From assembly GCA_963810095.1 (NCBI GenBank), contig CAWEMM010000006.1:64001-128000 (forward strand): a stretch of DNA of 64,000 nt. Reading direction: 5' to 3'. The notes beneath the pieces are model-generated. The model was not told where the DNA came from. It saw nothing but the letters and a program-made list of their open reading frames with translations, and ran no database searches. Below, one piece after another: positions 40,581-51,313 of this stretch. Within the stretch, counting starts at the first letter, position 1; each line of letters starts with the position of its first letter. Origin of the DNA: an uncultured Chloroflexia bacterium. GTDB taxonomy: Bacteria; Chloroflexota; Anaerolineae; CG2-30-64-16. The position numbers were made by a program, and so were the translations under genes.

Positions 40581-41914
40581 ATGAAGAAGGTTGTGGTTTT
40601 TGGCGCGGGCATGGTGGCCGGCGCGCACGTCGAGTACCTGTTGAACCACGGGTTCCATGTCACCGTCGCCAGCCGCACGCTGAGCAAAGCGCAGGAACTG
40701 GTCAAGGATCACCCCAACGGCCGTGCCGTCGCAGTGAACTCCGATGACCGCGCAGCAATGGAGGCATTGATCCGGGAGCACGACCTGGCCGTGAGCCTCC
40801 TGCCGTACGCATATCACCCCGAGGTGGCGAAGCTGTGCGTCAAGCACGGCGTCCACATGGTGACCACCAGCTACATCAAGCAGGCCATGGCCGACCTGGA
40901 CCAGGACGCGAAAACGCGGGCGTCATCCTGCTCAACGAAATCGGCGTCGATCCGGGCATCGACCACATGACGGCCATGCGCGTGATCGACAAGGTGCAGG
41001 GCGAGGGCGGGAAGATCACCAAGTTCATCTCCTTCTGCGGCGGCCTTCCCGCGCCCGAGGCGAACGATAACCCCTTCGGCTACAAGTTCTCGTGGGCACC
41101 CCGGGGCGTGCTGCTGGCGGGGAAGAATCCGGCGCACTACCTGTGGGATGGCGCGGAGGTCGACATCAAGGCCGGCACGCTGTTCGAGCACTTCTGGACC
41201 ATGCCCATCGAGGTCGAGGGCCAGGTCATCGAGTTCGAAGGCTACCCGAATCGCGACAGCATGAGTTATGTCGAGCAGTATGGCATCGAGGGCACGCGGA
41301 CGATGTTCCGCGGGACGCTGCGCAACCTCGGCTGGTGCACGAGCCTGAGCAAAATCTCGGATCTCGGGCTGCTGGACGAGGCGCCGCGCGACGACCTCGC
41401 CGGGCTGACCTGGGCCCAGTTCACCCGCAAGCTGGTGGGACCGGGCACGCCGGACCTCAAGGCCGATCTGGCGGCGAAGCTCGGGCTCGACGTGAACGCC
41501 AAGCCGGTGACCGACCTGGAATGGCTGGGCGTGTTCTCAGACGAGCCGCTGCCCCTAGGCCAAAAGGCCCCGATCGACATCCTGTGCGCGGTCATGCTGC
41601 AAAAGATGGTCTACGCGCCCGGCGAGCGCGACCTGCTCATCCTGCGCCACCAGTTCGAGGCCGAATACCCGGACCGGATTGCACAGATCAGCTCCACGAT
41701 GATCGACTTCGGCATTCCGAACGGCTACACTTCGATGGCGCGTACCGTGGGCCTGCCCGCGGCCATCGGCGTGCGGCTGATCCTGGAGGACAAGATCAAC
41801 CTGACCGGCGTCGTCGCGCCCATGGTGCCGGAGATTTACGAGCCGGTGCTGAAGGAGCTGGAGGAACTGGGGATCCACTTCGTCGAAAAGTGGGAAGAGC
41901 TCGCCAAGGCTTAG
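40581..41914 (+). CDS. Saccharopine dehydrogenase, Lys9/SDH-type (frameshift near 40910)
   Basis: GAGMV, SLLPY, TTSY; NEIGVDPGIDH, CGGLP, YKFSW, YPNRDS, RGTLR, MARTVG. Confidence 0.92.
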
Positions 41915-41924
41915 AGCTGCCCTC

Positions 41925-41997
41925 ACCACCAAGAACCAAAGACACAAAGGCTCACGAAGGCTCTTCGTGGGTCTTTGTGTCTTCGTGTCTTTGTGGT
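41925..41997. repeat. 8-nt-unit palindromic element (four units per arm)
   Basis: ACCACCAAGAACCAAAGACACAAAGGCTCACGAAG-gct-CTTCGTGGGTCTTTGTGTCTTCGTGTCTTTGTGGT; overlaps the minus-strand TAA. Confidence 0.95.
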
Positions 41998-42887
41998 TAA
42001 GACGCCTTCAGGAAATCCAGCAACAGCTGATTGACCCGCTCGGGGCGGTCGTTCTGCACCCAGTGCGACGCGTCGGGCAGCCGCACGACACGGACGTTGG
42101 GCACGAGCCTGCGCGGTGGGTCGGCCAGGTCCTTGCCGAGGAACCGGTCCTGCTCGCCCCAGATCACCAGGACGGGCGCGGAAATGACGGCCGGCTTGAT
42201 CTGTTCGCCGGCATGGCGGAAGGCAGCCCGGTAGTAATTCATCCCCCCGGTCAATGCGCCGGGCCGCTTGGCCGCCACGGCGTACCGCTCGATATCCTCG
42301 GCCGAGAACGCACCCTTGCGCACGGGATCATGGGCAAAGACGCGCCGCAGCACGGCCGCATTCCCTGCGAGGAAAACCCGCTCGGGCACCCACGGCATCT
42401 GGAAGAAGAGTGCGTACGAGCTGCGCAGCATCTGGGCCGGCTTCCTGAGCGCTTTTGCCATGGCGACCGGATGGGGCACGTTCAGGATCGCGAGCCGCTC
42501 GAGCATTTCGGGGCGGCGCATCGCAAAGTGCCAGGCGACCAGCGCACCCCAATCATGGCCGATGACCGTCGCAGTCTCAGCGCCCGCCCAGGCGATTAAC
42601 CCCGCTACGTCCCCCACCAGGTGTTCGATGCGATATGCGTCTACGCCTTGTGGCTTGGACGACAGGTTGTAGCCGCGGATGTCGGGCGCGAGGACGCGAT
42701 AGCCTGCGGTGGCGAGCGCCCGCAACTGGTGCTGCCACGAGAACCAGGCTTCGGGAAAGCCGTGGAGGAGGATGACCAACGCGCCGTCAGCCGGGCCCGC
42801 CTCCACGACGTGCAGGTTCACCTCTCCGAGAGGCGCAAGGTGATGGCGAACTTGCTCGCCTCCCGGCGGCAATGCATCACCATTCAT
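41997..42887 (-). CDS. Alpha/beta hydrolase (epoxide hydrolase-like)
   Basis: LHGFPE, GHDWG, NYYRA, WGEQD, ASHWV; start ATG 42887. Confidence 0.9.
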   Translation of the reverse strand: MNGDALPPGGEQVRHHLAPLGEVNLHVVEAGPADGALVILLHGFPEAWFSWQHQLRALATAGYRVLAPDIRGYNLSSKPQGVDAYRIEHLVGDVAGLIAWAGAETATVIGHDWGALVAWHFAMRRPEMLERLAILNVPHPVAMAKALRKPAQMLRSSYALFFQMPWVPERVFLAGNAAVLRRVFAHDPVRKGAFSAEDIERYAVAAKRPGALTGGMNYYRAAFRHAGEQIKPAVISAPVLVIWGEQDRFLGKDLADPPRRLVPNVRVVRLPDASHWVQNDRPERVNQLLLDFLKAS

Positions 42888-42897
42888 GGAAGTGAGT

Positions 42898-42922
42898 CTT
42901 CGTGTCTTGGTGCCTTCGTGGT
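42898..42922. repeat. Solo arm of the 8-nt-unit element
   Basis: CTTCGTGTCTTGGTGCCTTCGTGGT with no partner arm. Confidence 0.8.
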
Positions 42923-42928
42923 CCACTG

Positions 42929-44378
42929 CTAGGTGCCATGCACAAAGACCGCGGCGCTCTGCGGCGGCAGTTCCAGGTGGCGCACGGTCCCCTTCGACAC
43001 CCGCGCCGTGAGCCCGCCCCACACGTCGGTCAGCGTGCCGTCGGGCAGCACATCTTCCACGTCGAGCGTCACCGGCCTGGTTTCCAGCCCCGCGTTGAAG
43101 AGAACCAGCGCGTTCTCCTCCTCGACCCGGCGGGCGAACGCGAGGATGTCTTCGTGCGCGTACACGGCCGCGTACTTGCCGCGGCGCAGCGCCGGGTGTT
43201 CCCGACGCAGCCGAATAGCCCGCTGGGTGAACTCGAGGAGGTCCTGACGCCATGACTCCGGGTCGTGCCAGGGGAAGGCTCGACGGCAGTCCGGGTCGGG
43301 GCCGCCGGTCATCCCGATCTCCGTGCCGTAATAGATGCACGGCGCGCCCGGAATCGTCATGAGGAACAGTAGTGACTGCTCGAGCGTGCGCCAGTCCCCC
43401 TTCGCCTGGTGAATAAAGCGGGCAGTGTCGTGGCTGTCAAGCAGGTTGAACTGGGCCTGTACGATCTCCCACGGGTACATCTGCATCAGGTGCTCGACCT
43501 CGTGAGCGAAAGCCCGCGCACCCAGGGGCACGAGCTTGAACCCGCCCGGGCGGTACTCCCGGTCGAACGTTTCCCGGCCAAAGAGCCCGAGCGCCGCCCG
43601 CGACACGCCATAGTTCATCACCGCATCGTACTGGTCGCCCATCAGCCAGCGCTGGGCGTTGCCCCAGATCTCGCCCACGATGTAGGCCTCAGGGTTGGCA
43701 TCCTTAACCACCCGGCGGAACCCGCGCCAGAACTCGTCGTCGTCGATCTCGGTCGGCACGTCGAGCCGCCAGCCGTCGATACCGAACTCGATCCAGTAGC
43801 GCGCAACGTCAAAGATGAAGTCGCGGACGGCCTGCGTGTTCGTGTTGAACTTGGGCAGGGCCGGGTTGTTCCACCAGGCCGCATAGTTTGGCTGCTTGCT
43901 GCCATACGGGCGCAGCGGCCAATCGAGCACGGTGAACCAGTCCAGGTACGCGGACTCCGCGCCGTTCTCGAGGATATCGTGGAACTGGAAGAAGCCGCGG
44001 CTGGCGTGGTTGAAGACGCCGTCGAGGACCACGCGAATGTCTCGGGCATGCGCCGCATCAAGCAACTCGCGGAGCGCGGCGTTGCCGCCTAGCATCGGGT
44101 CAACCTGGTAGTAATCGTGGGTATGATACCGGTGATTCGAGCCCGACTGGAAGATCGGGTTAAAGTAGATGGCATTGATGCCGAGCTCGGCGAGGTAGTC
44201 CAGGTGCTCGGCCACGCCCAACAGGTCGCCCCCCTGATATGCGTGGCCGGTCGGAGGCGCAGCCCCACTCCTGCAAGTTATTGGCTTTCTTCACCCGGGC
44301 GGACCTGGCGAAACGATCGGGAAAAATCTGGTAGAAGATCGCGTCCTTCACCCAACCCGGTGTCTGCACTGTCGTCAT
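42929..44378 (-). CDS. GH13 cyclomaltodextrinase/neopullulanase-like alpha-glycosidase (frameshift near 44240)
   Basis: [43 protein letters not shown]. Confidence 0.9.
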
Positions 44379-44398
44379 CTGGCTGTGTCCTCCGCCGC

Positions 44399-44773
44399 TC
44401 AAGCGCCTGGGTGGATATGCCGGGAGGTCGGGATGCCGCAGAGGAAGCGGAAAGGCGCCTCGCCCGCGTTCTCGTACGTGTGAAGGATGCCGGCCGGCAC
44501 AAAGACCACGCTGCCGGGTCCTACCTCGTGCCACTGATCTTCGATCAAGACGCGACCCTGCCCCTCTATGACATAGTTCTCATGCTCGTAAGGGTGTGTG
44601 TGCTTCGGGGTGTGTCCGCCCGGCTGCACCTCGATGATGCGCAAGGCATAATTCGGCGCACCATCGCTCTTCTCGTCGATCACCCAGCGGATCGTCACGC
44701 CCGGCGCCTCGTCGCCGAATGTCTGCGCCGGAACTTCAGTATAGTGAACGGCTTTCGCCCGCGGTTCTGTCAT
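44399..44773 (-). CDS. Cupin-domain protein
   Basis: [14 protein letters not shown] ... PAGILH. Confidence 0.85.
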   Translation of the reverse strand: MTEPRAKAVHYTEVPAQTFGDEAPGVTIRWVIDEKSDGAPNYALRIIEVQPGGHTPKHTHPYEHENYVIEGQGRVLIEDQWHEVGPGSVVFVPAGILHTYENAGEAPFRFLCGIPTSRHIHPGA

Positions 44774-44827
44774 CGTCCTGCTCCTTCCCAAGGTTGAGAA
44801 AACTGCGCACAATTATAATGCGGCTTA

Positions 44828-44908
44828 ACCACAAAGACACAAAGATACAGGTTACGCGCCGACCCATGCGCCACGAGAGCGCCATGGGCGCCCTCGCGAC
44901 TTTGTGGT
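44828..44908. repeat. 8-nt-unit palindromic element (subtype A)
   Basis: TTA|ACCACAAAGACACAAAG...CCTCGCGACTTTGTGGT|AA between divergent genes. Confidence 0.85.
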
Positions 44909-44981
44909 AAATCCTTCCTTGGGTTATGCTACAAATGTCACGTTACTCCCATTAGCCCGGCCACTTCCTTCGGAGGTCCGC

Positions 44982-47439
44982 ATGTCGCGTCTGCGCAAGA
45001 TCCTACTGATTAGCCTTGTCGTCGTGCTCGTCCTGCTCGTTGCCGCGCCGTTGGGTGGCTGGCTGTGGTTGCGGCGGTCGCTACCTCAGGTCAGCGGGAC
45101 GGCCCAACTTAAGGGCCTCAATGGGAAGGTCGAGGTCGTTCGCGATGCCAACGGAATTCCATACATCTACGGCAGCACGGATCACGACGCGTTCTTCGGG
45201 CTCGGATACGTTCATGCGCAGGATCGCCTTTGGGAGATGGAAGTGCAGCGGCGCATCGGCGCGGGGCGCCTCTCCGAGGTCCTGGGCAAGTCGACGCTGG
45301 AGACGGACGAGTTCCTGCGCACGCTTGGCACCTACCGCGCCGCGCAGGCCGCCTGGAGCAGCCTGACGCCCGACGTCCAGGCGGGGCTGCAGGCGTACGC
45401 GGACGGCGTGAACGCGTACCTGGCCGAGAATCACCAATTGCCGCCAGAATTCGTCATCCTCGGGTTCAAGCCTGCGCCCTGGCAGCCGGCCGACTCACTG
45501 GTATGGGCGAAAATGATGGCATGGAACCTGGGCGATTCCTGGGGCGACGATTTGTTCCGCGCCACCCTCTCGCAGGCCCTCGGCTCGGAGCGGGCGGCCC
45601 AGCTGCTACCGGCGTATCCGGCCGACGGCCCCGTGATCCTGCCCTCCGATGCTCCAATACCCCAAAAGGCGGCGGCGAGTGCCCTGGCCGCGGGCAGACA
45701 ACGCGTCGCCTTCACCTGCCAACTATGCCGCGCTTCTCAAGGTCCGCGACACACTGCGGTCGACGCTCGGGCTCGGCGGCAAGGCCATCGGGAGCAACAA
45801 CTGGGTGGTCAACGGGACCCGGACGGCGAGCGGGAAGCCCATGCTCGCGAACGATCCGCATCTCGGCGCACAGATTCCGTCCATCTGGTACCTGGCGGGC
45901 ATCCAGGGGGACCGGGTGCATGCGGTCGGCGCCACACTGCCGGGACTGCCGGCCGTGGTCATCGGTCACAACGAGAACGTGGCGTGGGGGGTCACGAACG
46001 TAGGGCCCGACGTACAGGATATCTTCGTCGAGCGGATCAACCCGGACAATCCGAACCAGTACGAGGTCAACGGGACGTGGACCGATATGCAGGTGACGCC
46101 GGAGGAGATCCTGGTGAAGGGCGAGAAGGAGCCCGTGCATTGGGCCGCCCGGTCGACGCGTCACGGTCCGCTGGTATCGGATGCAAGTTCGGAGCGCGGG
46201 CAGGCCCTGGCGCTGAGCTGGCCGTCACTTGCGCCGGACGATACGACCATGGTGGCGTTCCTCGGTCTCAACTATGCGACGAATTGGGACGACTTCACGG
46301 CCAGTTTGAAGTCCTACGTCGCGCCCAGCCAGAACTTCGTCTTTGCAGACAAGGCCGGCAACATCGGTTATTTTGCGCCCGGACGCATCCCCGTGCGGGC
46401 AAAGGGCGACGGCAGTCTGCCCGTGCCGGGCGAGACGGACGAATACGCCTGGACCGGCTGGATTCCGTTCGACAGCCTGCCCCACGTATACAATCCGGCA
46501 CAGGGCTACGTGGTCAGCGCCAATAACAAGGTGGTGCCCGACACCTACCCCTACTTCATCACGAACGATTGGGCCGAGCCGTTCCGCGCAGCCCGCATTG
46601 TGGAACTGGTGACGCAGAAAAACGGCCTCACGCCCGACGACTTCCAGCGCATCCAGGCAGATCAGCAGTCGAAGCAGGTGCAGGAACTACTGCCGCTGCT
46701 GCTGCAGATCCAGACCCTGCCCCAGCAAGACGGAAAGCCGGAACTGGAACAGGCGCTGGTGTTGCTACGCAGTTGGGATGGCAAGATTTCGCCCGATTCG
46801 GCGGCGACGGTCATTTACGAAGCATGGTACGAACAACTGCACCGCAAGCTGCTGGGAGACGACGTGGGCGGCGACCTTGGCAAAGACGTGACGGAGAACC
46901 ACCGGCCGACCCTCGTGGCTCAAATTCTGCGCGGCGAGGCGGGGCCGTGGTGCGACGACGTGCTGACTCCTGAGATAGAAGACTGCCCCACGATCGCGCT
47001 GAAAGCGCTGGACGATGCGCTCAAGGGGCTGCAGGAACAGTTGGGCACCTCAGACATGAGCAAGTGGCGTTGGGGCGACGTGCACCAGACGCAGTTCCCC
47101 CACACGCCCTTCAGCCAGGTCGACATGCTGAAGCGCTTCTTCCACCGGAGCATCGAAACCGGCGGCGACAACTTCACCGTCAATCCCGCGCCCTACAAGC
47201 TCGGCGGCGACTTCAACTCGACGTGGGTGCCGTCATACCGACAGATCATGGACCTGGGCAACTGGGACAACTCGCGCTTCGTGCACACGACCGGGCAGTC
47301 GGGCAACCTGCTCAGCCCGCATTACGACGACTTCATTAAGACCTGGCGGCAGGTGCAATACTTCCCGATGTACTGGACGCGGGAGAACCTGGCGCAGAGC
47401 GGGGGCGCATCGACCCTCGTTCTACAGCCCGCTCCGTAG
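44982..47439 (+). CDS. Penicillin/acyl-homoserine-lactone acylase-family Ntn hydrolase, S45 (frameshift near 45690)
   Basis: N-terminal anchor, RDANGIP, AQDRLWEM; GSNNW, ANDPHL, SANN, GQSG. Confidence 0.9.
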
Positions 47440-47472
47440 CTGGGCAAACGGTCACGACAAGGGGGAAGTTCG

Positions 47473-47676
47473 GTGGCAGCAGCAGGCGATGAGGCGATCC
47501 GGATCGGAGAGGCGGTGCGCGCCGCGTGCGTGGCGGCGGCGCTGGAAGGGTACGAACGCGGAAGCATGGACGGCCTGTGCGACGAAGGGGCGCTCGAAGT
47601 GGCGCTGGACGCGATCCGCAGCGTGGACGTCCGACGAGTAGTCGAGACGCTCACCGGAAGAGCGGGCCAGGCGTGA
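47473..47676 (+). CDS. Small hypothetical protein
   Basis: 67 aa, GGGGGA RBS with GTG start, ACVAAALEGYE..GLC.EGA; fills the gap between genes. Confidence 0.55.
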   Translation: MAAAGDEAIRIGEAVRAACVAAALEGYERGSMDGLCDEGALEVALDAIRSVDVRRVVETLTGRAGQA

Positions 47677-47677
47677 G

Positions 47678-48586
47678 TCAGGCCGCCGGCTGGCCTGCGG
47701 GCCAGACGGGGTGGTACATCAGCCACTGCTCCGGTCTTTGCCGGATCCACTCTTCCGCGACCGCGAGCACTCGCCCGGCGTTCAGCTGCGTATCGCGCTC
47801 GCGGTCGCCCGTGCGGACAAGCTCGAGTGGGGGGCAGGAAACGAGATAGTAACCGCGCTCTGGCGACCAGCACGCGCTGAGCATCAGGAGCGCCGCGTTC
47901 GTCGCCAGCGCAAGCCTGATGTACCCATAGGGCAGCAATGAGGGTGCGCCGAAAAAGGGGATCGGCTCCTTGATCTCGTCCTCGGCGGCAGGCCAGTCGA
48001 CGCCCGTCAGCACGATCCCGCCGGCTTTGAGCCTGGCAATCGCCTTCTTCAGCGATGCCGCGTCGATGGGGGTGTCTTCGAGCATGCCCCGGTTGCGCAA
48101 ATCCCGGACCACGTCGAAGCCGCCCGCGGGCACGGATGCGGACAGGGCCTGCACGGTGGTGTTGCCCTGGATGGCAAACGAGAGGAAGCCAAGGTTAAAG
48201 TTGCTCAGGTGGACGCCGCAGATGAGCACCCCCCGGCCCATCCTGTGCGCCTCCTCGAAGTTCGGCCAGAAATCGCCACCCAGCTCGATCGCCGCGAGCA
48301 CTGCTTTTTCGCCGCCCCGCACGGTGCGGATCATATCGTAGTTCGTCATGCCGGCGTGGCTGAGCACGGCGGCCACGGCAAGGTCTACCTCTTCGTGCGT
48401 CGCGCCCGGCCCCAGAACGTGCCGCTGATTGTCATATAACACCCGGTAGACGAACCCTTGCTTGCGGCGATAGAGCTGCCGGGTCAGCCAGCGCGCGAAC
48501 GCGTACCCGGGACGCGGAGGCAGTGCGCCCAGCGCGAGCCATGCCCGCGTGCCGAATTCCGTGGTGACTAGCTGTTGGAAGTTCAT
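47678..48586 (-). CDS. Lysophospholipid/lipid A-type acyltransferase family protein
   Basis: H..N motif (VHLSNFN), PFFG, IRQRPEQWLMYHPVW. Confidence 0.82.
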   Translation of the reverse strand: MNFQQLVTTEFGTRAWLALGALPPRPGYAFARWLTRQLYRRKQGFVYRVLYDNQRHVLGPGATHEEVDLAVAAVLSHAGMTNYDMIRTVRGGEKAVLAAIELGGDFWPNFEEAHRMGRGVLICGVHLSNFNLGFLSFAIQGNTTVQALSASVPAGGFDVVRDLRNRGMLEDTPIDAASLKKAIARLKAGGIVLTGVDWPAAEDEIKEPIPFFGAPSLLPYGYIRLALATNAALLMLSACWSPERGYYLVSCPPLELVRTGDRERDTQLNAGRVLAVAEEWIRQRPEQWLMYHPVWPAGQPAA

Positions 48587-48598
48587 AAGGCCATCTTT

Positions 48599-48677
48599 GC
48601 CACAAACACACCAGGGCACGAAATGACCCGGCTTGGCCACGCATCGTGAACCTTGGTGCCGCCGTGTCTTTGTGTTT
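48599..48677. repeat. 8-nt-unit palindromic element (degenerate)
   Basis: GCCACAAACACACCAGGGCACGAAA...CTTGGTGCCGCCGTGTCTTTGTGTTT. Confidence 0.75.
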
Positions 48678-48688
48678 TCGAGGGTCGC

Positions 48689-48907
48689 CTACTGCCCGTA
48701 TTCCCACCAGAAGTCTTCAAGCGCCTCGGCTTCGTCTGGCGTGGGCTGCCAGAGTCCGCGTTCCTTAAGCGCTTCCATCAGGCGAAACGCGCGGGGAAGC
48801 TCCAGCGCGGTGAGCGCCACTTCGATGTCGTGCAGTTCCTTCGGGTAGCGCTCCCGCTGCCGGCGCAGGCTTGCCAGCAAGATGTCCGTAATGCTGCTAT
48901 CGGCCAT
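48689..48907 (-). CDS. Small hypothetical protein
   Basis: 72 aa from MADSSITDILL; GGAG RBS; co-directional with neighbours. Confidence 0.6.
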   Translation of the reverse strand: MADSSITDILLASLRRQRERYPKELHDIEVALTALELPRAFRLMEALKERGLWQPTPDEAEALEDFWWEYGQ

Positions 48908-48915
48908 TGCTCCAA

Positions 48916-49239
48916 CTACTCTTCCGACTTTGTTACCTTGATGGAGACGTCCCTGGGCAACGCCAGGCCGGCCTCGACTTCGATGGCTTTGATAATTCCC
49001 GAGGGGACAGGGCACGCCGGGTGCGAGAGGCACTGAGGCGCGGCCTGGAGGATGGTGGGCATGGAACGGCGCCAGAAGCCCTCTTTGAAGGGGTCCACGT
49101 CCTTGATCTGCTCCGCCAACTTCAGGACCGCTTTACATCCGCTCTCGATCTCCAGGTGAACGGTGCCATCTTCGTTCTTTGTCGCAACGCATGTCGTGTG
49201 GAAGCCGCAGATGCCGGCGTCGATTTCAGCCTTTGCCAC
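48916..49239 (-). CDS. Small Cys-containing conserved protein (DUF6951-like)
   Basis: AGICGF.T, IESGC, HPACPVPSGIIKAIEVEAGLALP; AGGAG RBS with GTG start. Confidence 0.7.
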   Translation of the reverse strand: MAKAEIDAGICGFHTTCVATKNEDGTVHLEIESGCKAVLKLAEQIKDVDPFKEGFWRRSMPTILQAAPQCLSHPACPVPSGIIKAIEVEAGLALPRDVSIKVTKSEE

Positions 49240-49263
49240 AGGGTACTCCTTAGCAGTGCACAG

Positions 49264-49311
49264 GAGACCGGGTTTCACCCCAGCCGGTCTGAGGCCGCAG
49301 AAACCCGTCTC
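49264..49311. repeat. GAAACCGGGTTTC-type palindrome
   Basis: GAGACCGGGTTTC...GAAACCCGTCTC. Confidence 0.55.
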
Positions 49312-49361
49312 GCGGAGGGTCTGGCAGAGCACGGCCATGATAGCGGCCCTTGCTTCCCTTG

Positions 49362-50360
49362 TCAACCACTCAGCAGATGGCCCTCATAAATTCGGCGCAC
49401 TACTTCCTCAATCTCGGGCTCCTGCACCGACAGGTCGAGGACGCGGTACCGTCGGAAAAGCTCGGCCACGACCGGGGCGATGCCGGCACTGCCGTCTTTC
49501 GCGCCCGCCGATGGGACCCGCAGCCAGGCCCGGCTGCCCTCAGTGCGGACCACTTCGGCGCCAGGCAGCGCCAGGTCGCCGGGCAGGGCCTCGAAGTCCA
49601 CGACGAGCACCCGGCCTTCGCCGAAGCGACGCCGCAGCGTCTCGAGCGCGCCGTCATACACGATCTTGCCCCGGTCGATCATGACGACCCGCTCGCACAG
49701 CTTCTCCACATCGCCCAGGTCGTGCGTCGTCAGGATGATCGTCGTGCCGCGCTCGCGGTTGACCGTCCGGATGAACTCGCGGATGCGTTCCTTCGCGACG
49801 ACGTCGAGGCCAATCGTCGGCTCGTCGAGAAAGAGGAGCTTCGGGTCGTGCAGGAGCGCGGCCGCGAGGTCTGCCCGCATGCGCTGCCCCAGGCTGAGGC
49901 TGCGCACAGGCTTGTCGAGCAACTCGTCCAGGCCCAACAGGCCGGCAAAGAGCGCCATGTTCTGCCGGTAGCGATCTTCGGGGACGCGGTAGATGTGTCT
50001 CAGCAGGTCCATCGATTCGATCACCGGCAGGTCCCACCACAGCCCGGTGCGCTGGCCGAACACCGCGCCGAGGTGGAATACGTGCTCGCGGCGCTGCTGC
50101 CAGGGCACGCGGCCGTCGACCAGGAGATGACCGGACGTGGGGACGAGAATGCCCGTAAGCATCTTGAGCGTCGTCGACTTGCCCGCGCCATTCGGGCCGA
50201 GGTAGCCGACTAGCTCGCCCGCCGCGATGTCAAACGACACGCCCTCGACCGCGCGCACGGTTGTGTACTCGCGCGTCACCAGGTTGCGCAGCGCGCCCAA
50301 CCCGCCGCGGTGATGGCGGTACATCCGGAACTCTTTCGTCAGCTCGCGGACTTCGATCAT
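49362..50360 (-). CDS. ABC-2 exporter ATP-binding protein
   Basis: GPNGAGKST, FGQRT.LWWDLP, LSLGQRMR, LDEPT, TTH. Confidence 0.92.
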   Translation of the reverse strand: MIEVRELTKEFRMYRHHRGGLGALRNLVTREYTTVRAVEGVSFDIAAGELVGYLGPNGAGKSTTLKMLTGILVPTSGHLLVDGRVPWQQRREHVFHLGAVFGQRTGLWWDLPVIESMDLLRHIYRVPEDRYRQNMALFAGLLGLDELLDKPVRSLSLGQRMRADLAAALLHDPKLLFLDEPTIGLDVVAKERIREFIRTVNRERGTTIILTTHDLGDVEKLCERVVMIDRGKIVYDGALETLRRRFGEGRVLVVDFEALPGDLALPGAEVVRTEGSRAWLRVPSAGAKDGSAGIAPVVAELFRRYRVLDLSVQEPEIEEVVRRIYEGHLLSG

Positions 50361-50388
50361 GGCACGTGCATTTCGGATGCGGGGAATA

Positions 50389-50472
50389 ACCACAAAGACG
50401 CGAAGACACTAAGGATCACTAACGATCTGCGATGACGCTTCGTGAACCTTTGTGCCTTCGTGTCTTTGCGGT
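50389..50472. repeat. 8-nt-unit palindromic element (subtype A)
   Basis: ACCACAAAGACGCGAAGACACTAAGGATCAC...CTTCGTGAACCTTTGTGCCTTCGTGTCTTTGCGGT. Confidence 0.92.
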
Positions 50473-50490
50473 TCGAGGCATCATACCCGT

Positions 50491-51303
50491 TCATGTGCCC
50501 GTCCCTTGATAGTGCTGCACCCCGCGGCGCCACAGGCTCAGCGACAGGCGAAAAGCCACGACGGCGACGACCGGCGACAGGAACGGCATGTATGGCGGCA
50601 TGCCAAGCGGGTCGGGCTTATCGAGCAGGTAGAGCGCCGGGTAGTAATTGATGAAGGCCATCGGAATGATAAACGTAAAGATCGAGACCATCCATTCCTG
50701 GTAGATGTGCATGGGATAGGTCGCCATGAACTGGCCGCCGTAGCTGAACATGTTGACCGCCTCGTGCGCTTGCGGCGCCCAGAAGGAGGTTGTAGCCCCA
50801 ACGACAAAAATCGCCATGAACAGCACCATGCCGCTGATCAGCATGACCGGGAAGAACAGCATTTGGGCCGCACTCCAATCCGGCTTCAGCAGCACGAGCG
50901 AGAAAGCCAGCGCGATCAGTCCCTGCGCCAGGCGGCCAAACCGGCGCGTCGGAAACCGGGCGGTGACCATCTGGAACGTGATGGGCAGCGGCCGGAGCAG
51001 AAGCTGGTCGAACTCGCCACGCACGACCCAGTCCTCAAAATCCTCGAACCCCCCGATCAGCAGCTCGGCAAGCGAGAACGACACGGCCGACGTGCCATAC
51101 AAGAAGGCCACCTCGGCCAGCGTCCAGCCGCCGATGGCGCTGAAACGCGTCAGCAGGATGGCGACCATCGCAAAATCGAGCCCGGTAATCAAGATCGTGC
51201 CGATGATCTCCGCGCCGAACGAGACCCGGTACTGCATCTGCGAGCGGATGCGCGACGAGACGAGCCGGAAGTAGAGGCGCAGGTAGGCGCGATACGCGGC
51301 CAT
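50491..51303 (-). CDS. ABC-2 family permease (DUF990-like)
   Basis: QYRVSF, GEFDQLLLRP, YPMHIY, YQGTGT. Confidence 0.88.
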   Translation of the reverse strand: MAAYRAYLRLYFRLVSSRIRSQMQYRVSFGAEIIGTILITGLDFAMVAILLTRFSAIGGWTLAEVAFLYGTSAVSFSLAELLIGGFEDFEDWVVRGEFDQLLLRPLPITFQMVTARFPTRRFGRLAQGLIALAFSLVLLKPDWSAAQMLFFPVMLISGMVLFMAIFVVGATTSFWAPQAHEAVNMFSYGGQFMATYPMHIYQEWMVSIFTFIIPMAFINYYPALYLLDKPDPLGMPPYMPFLSPVVAVVAFRLSLSLWRRGVQHYQGTGT

Positions 51304-51313
51304 CGCGAGTCCC

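Noticed and set aside
41997-43340. 447-aa hydrolase
   Set aside because: The extension overlaps the GH13 gene in another frame and runs through a repeat arm; start 42887 is preferred.
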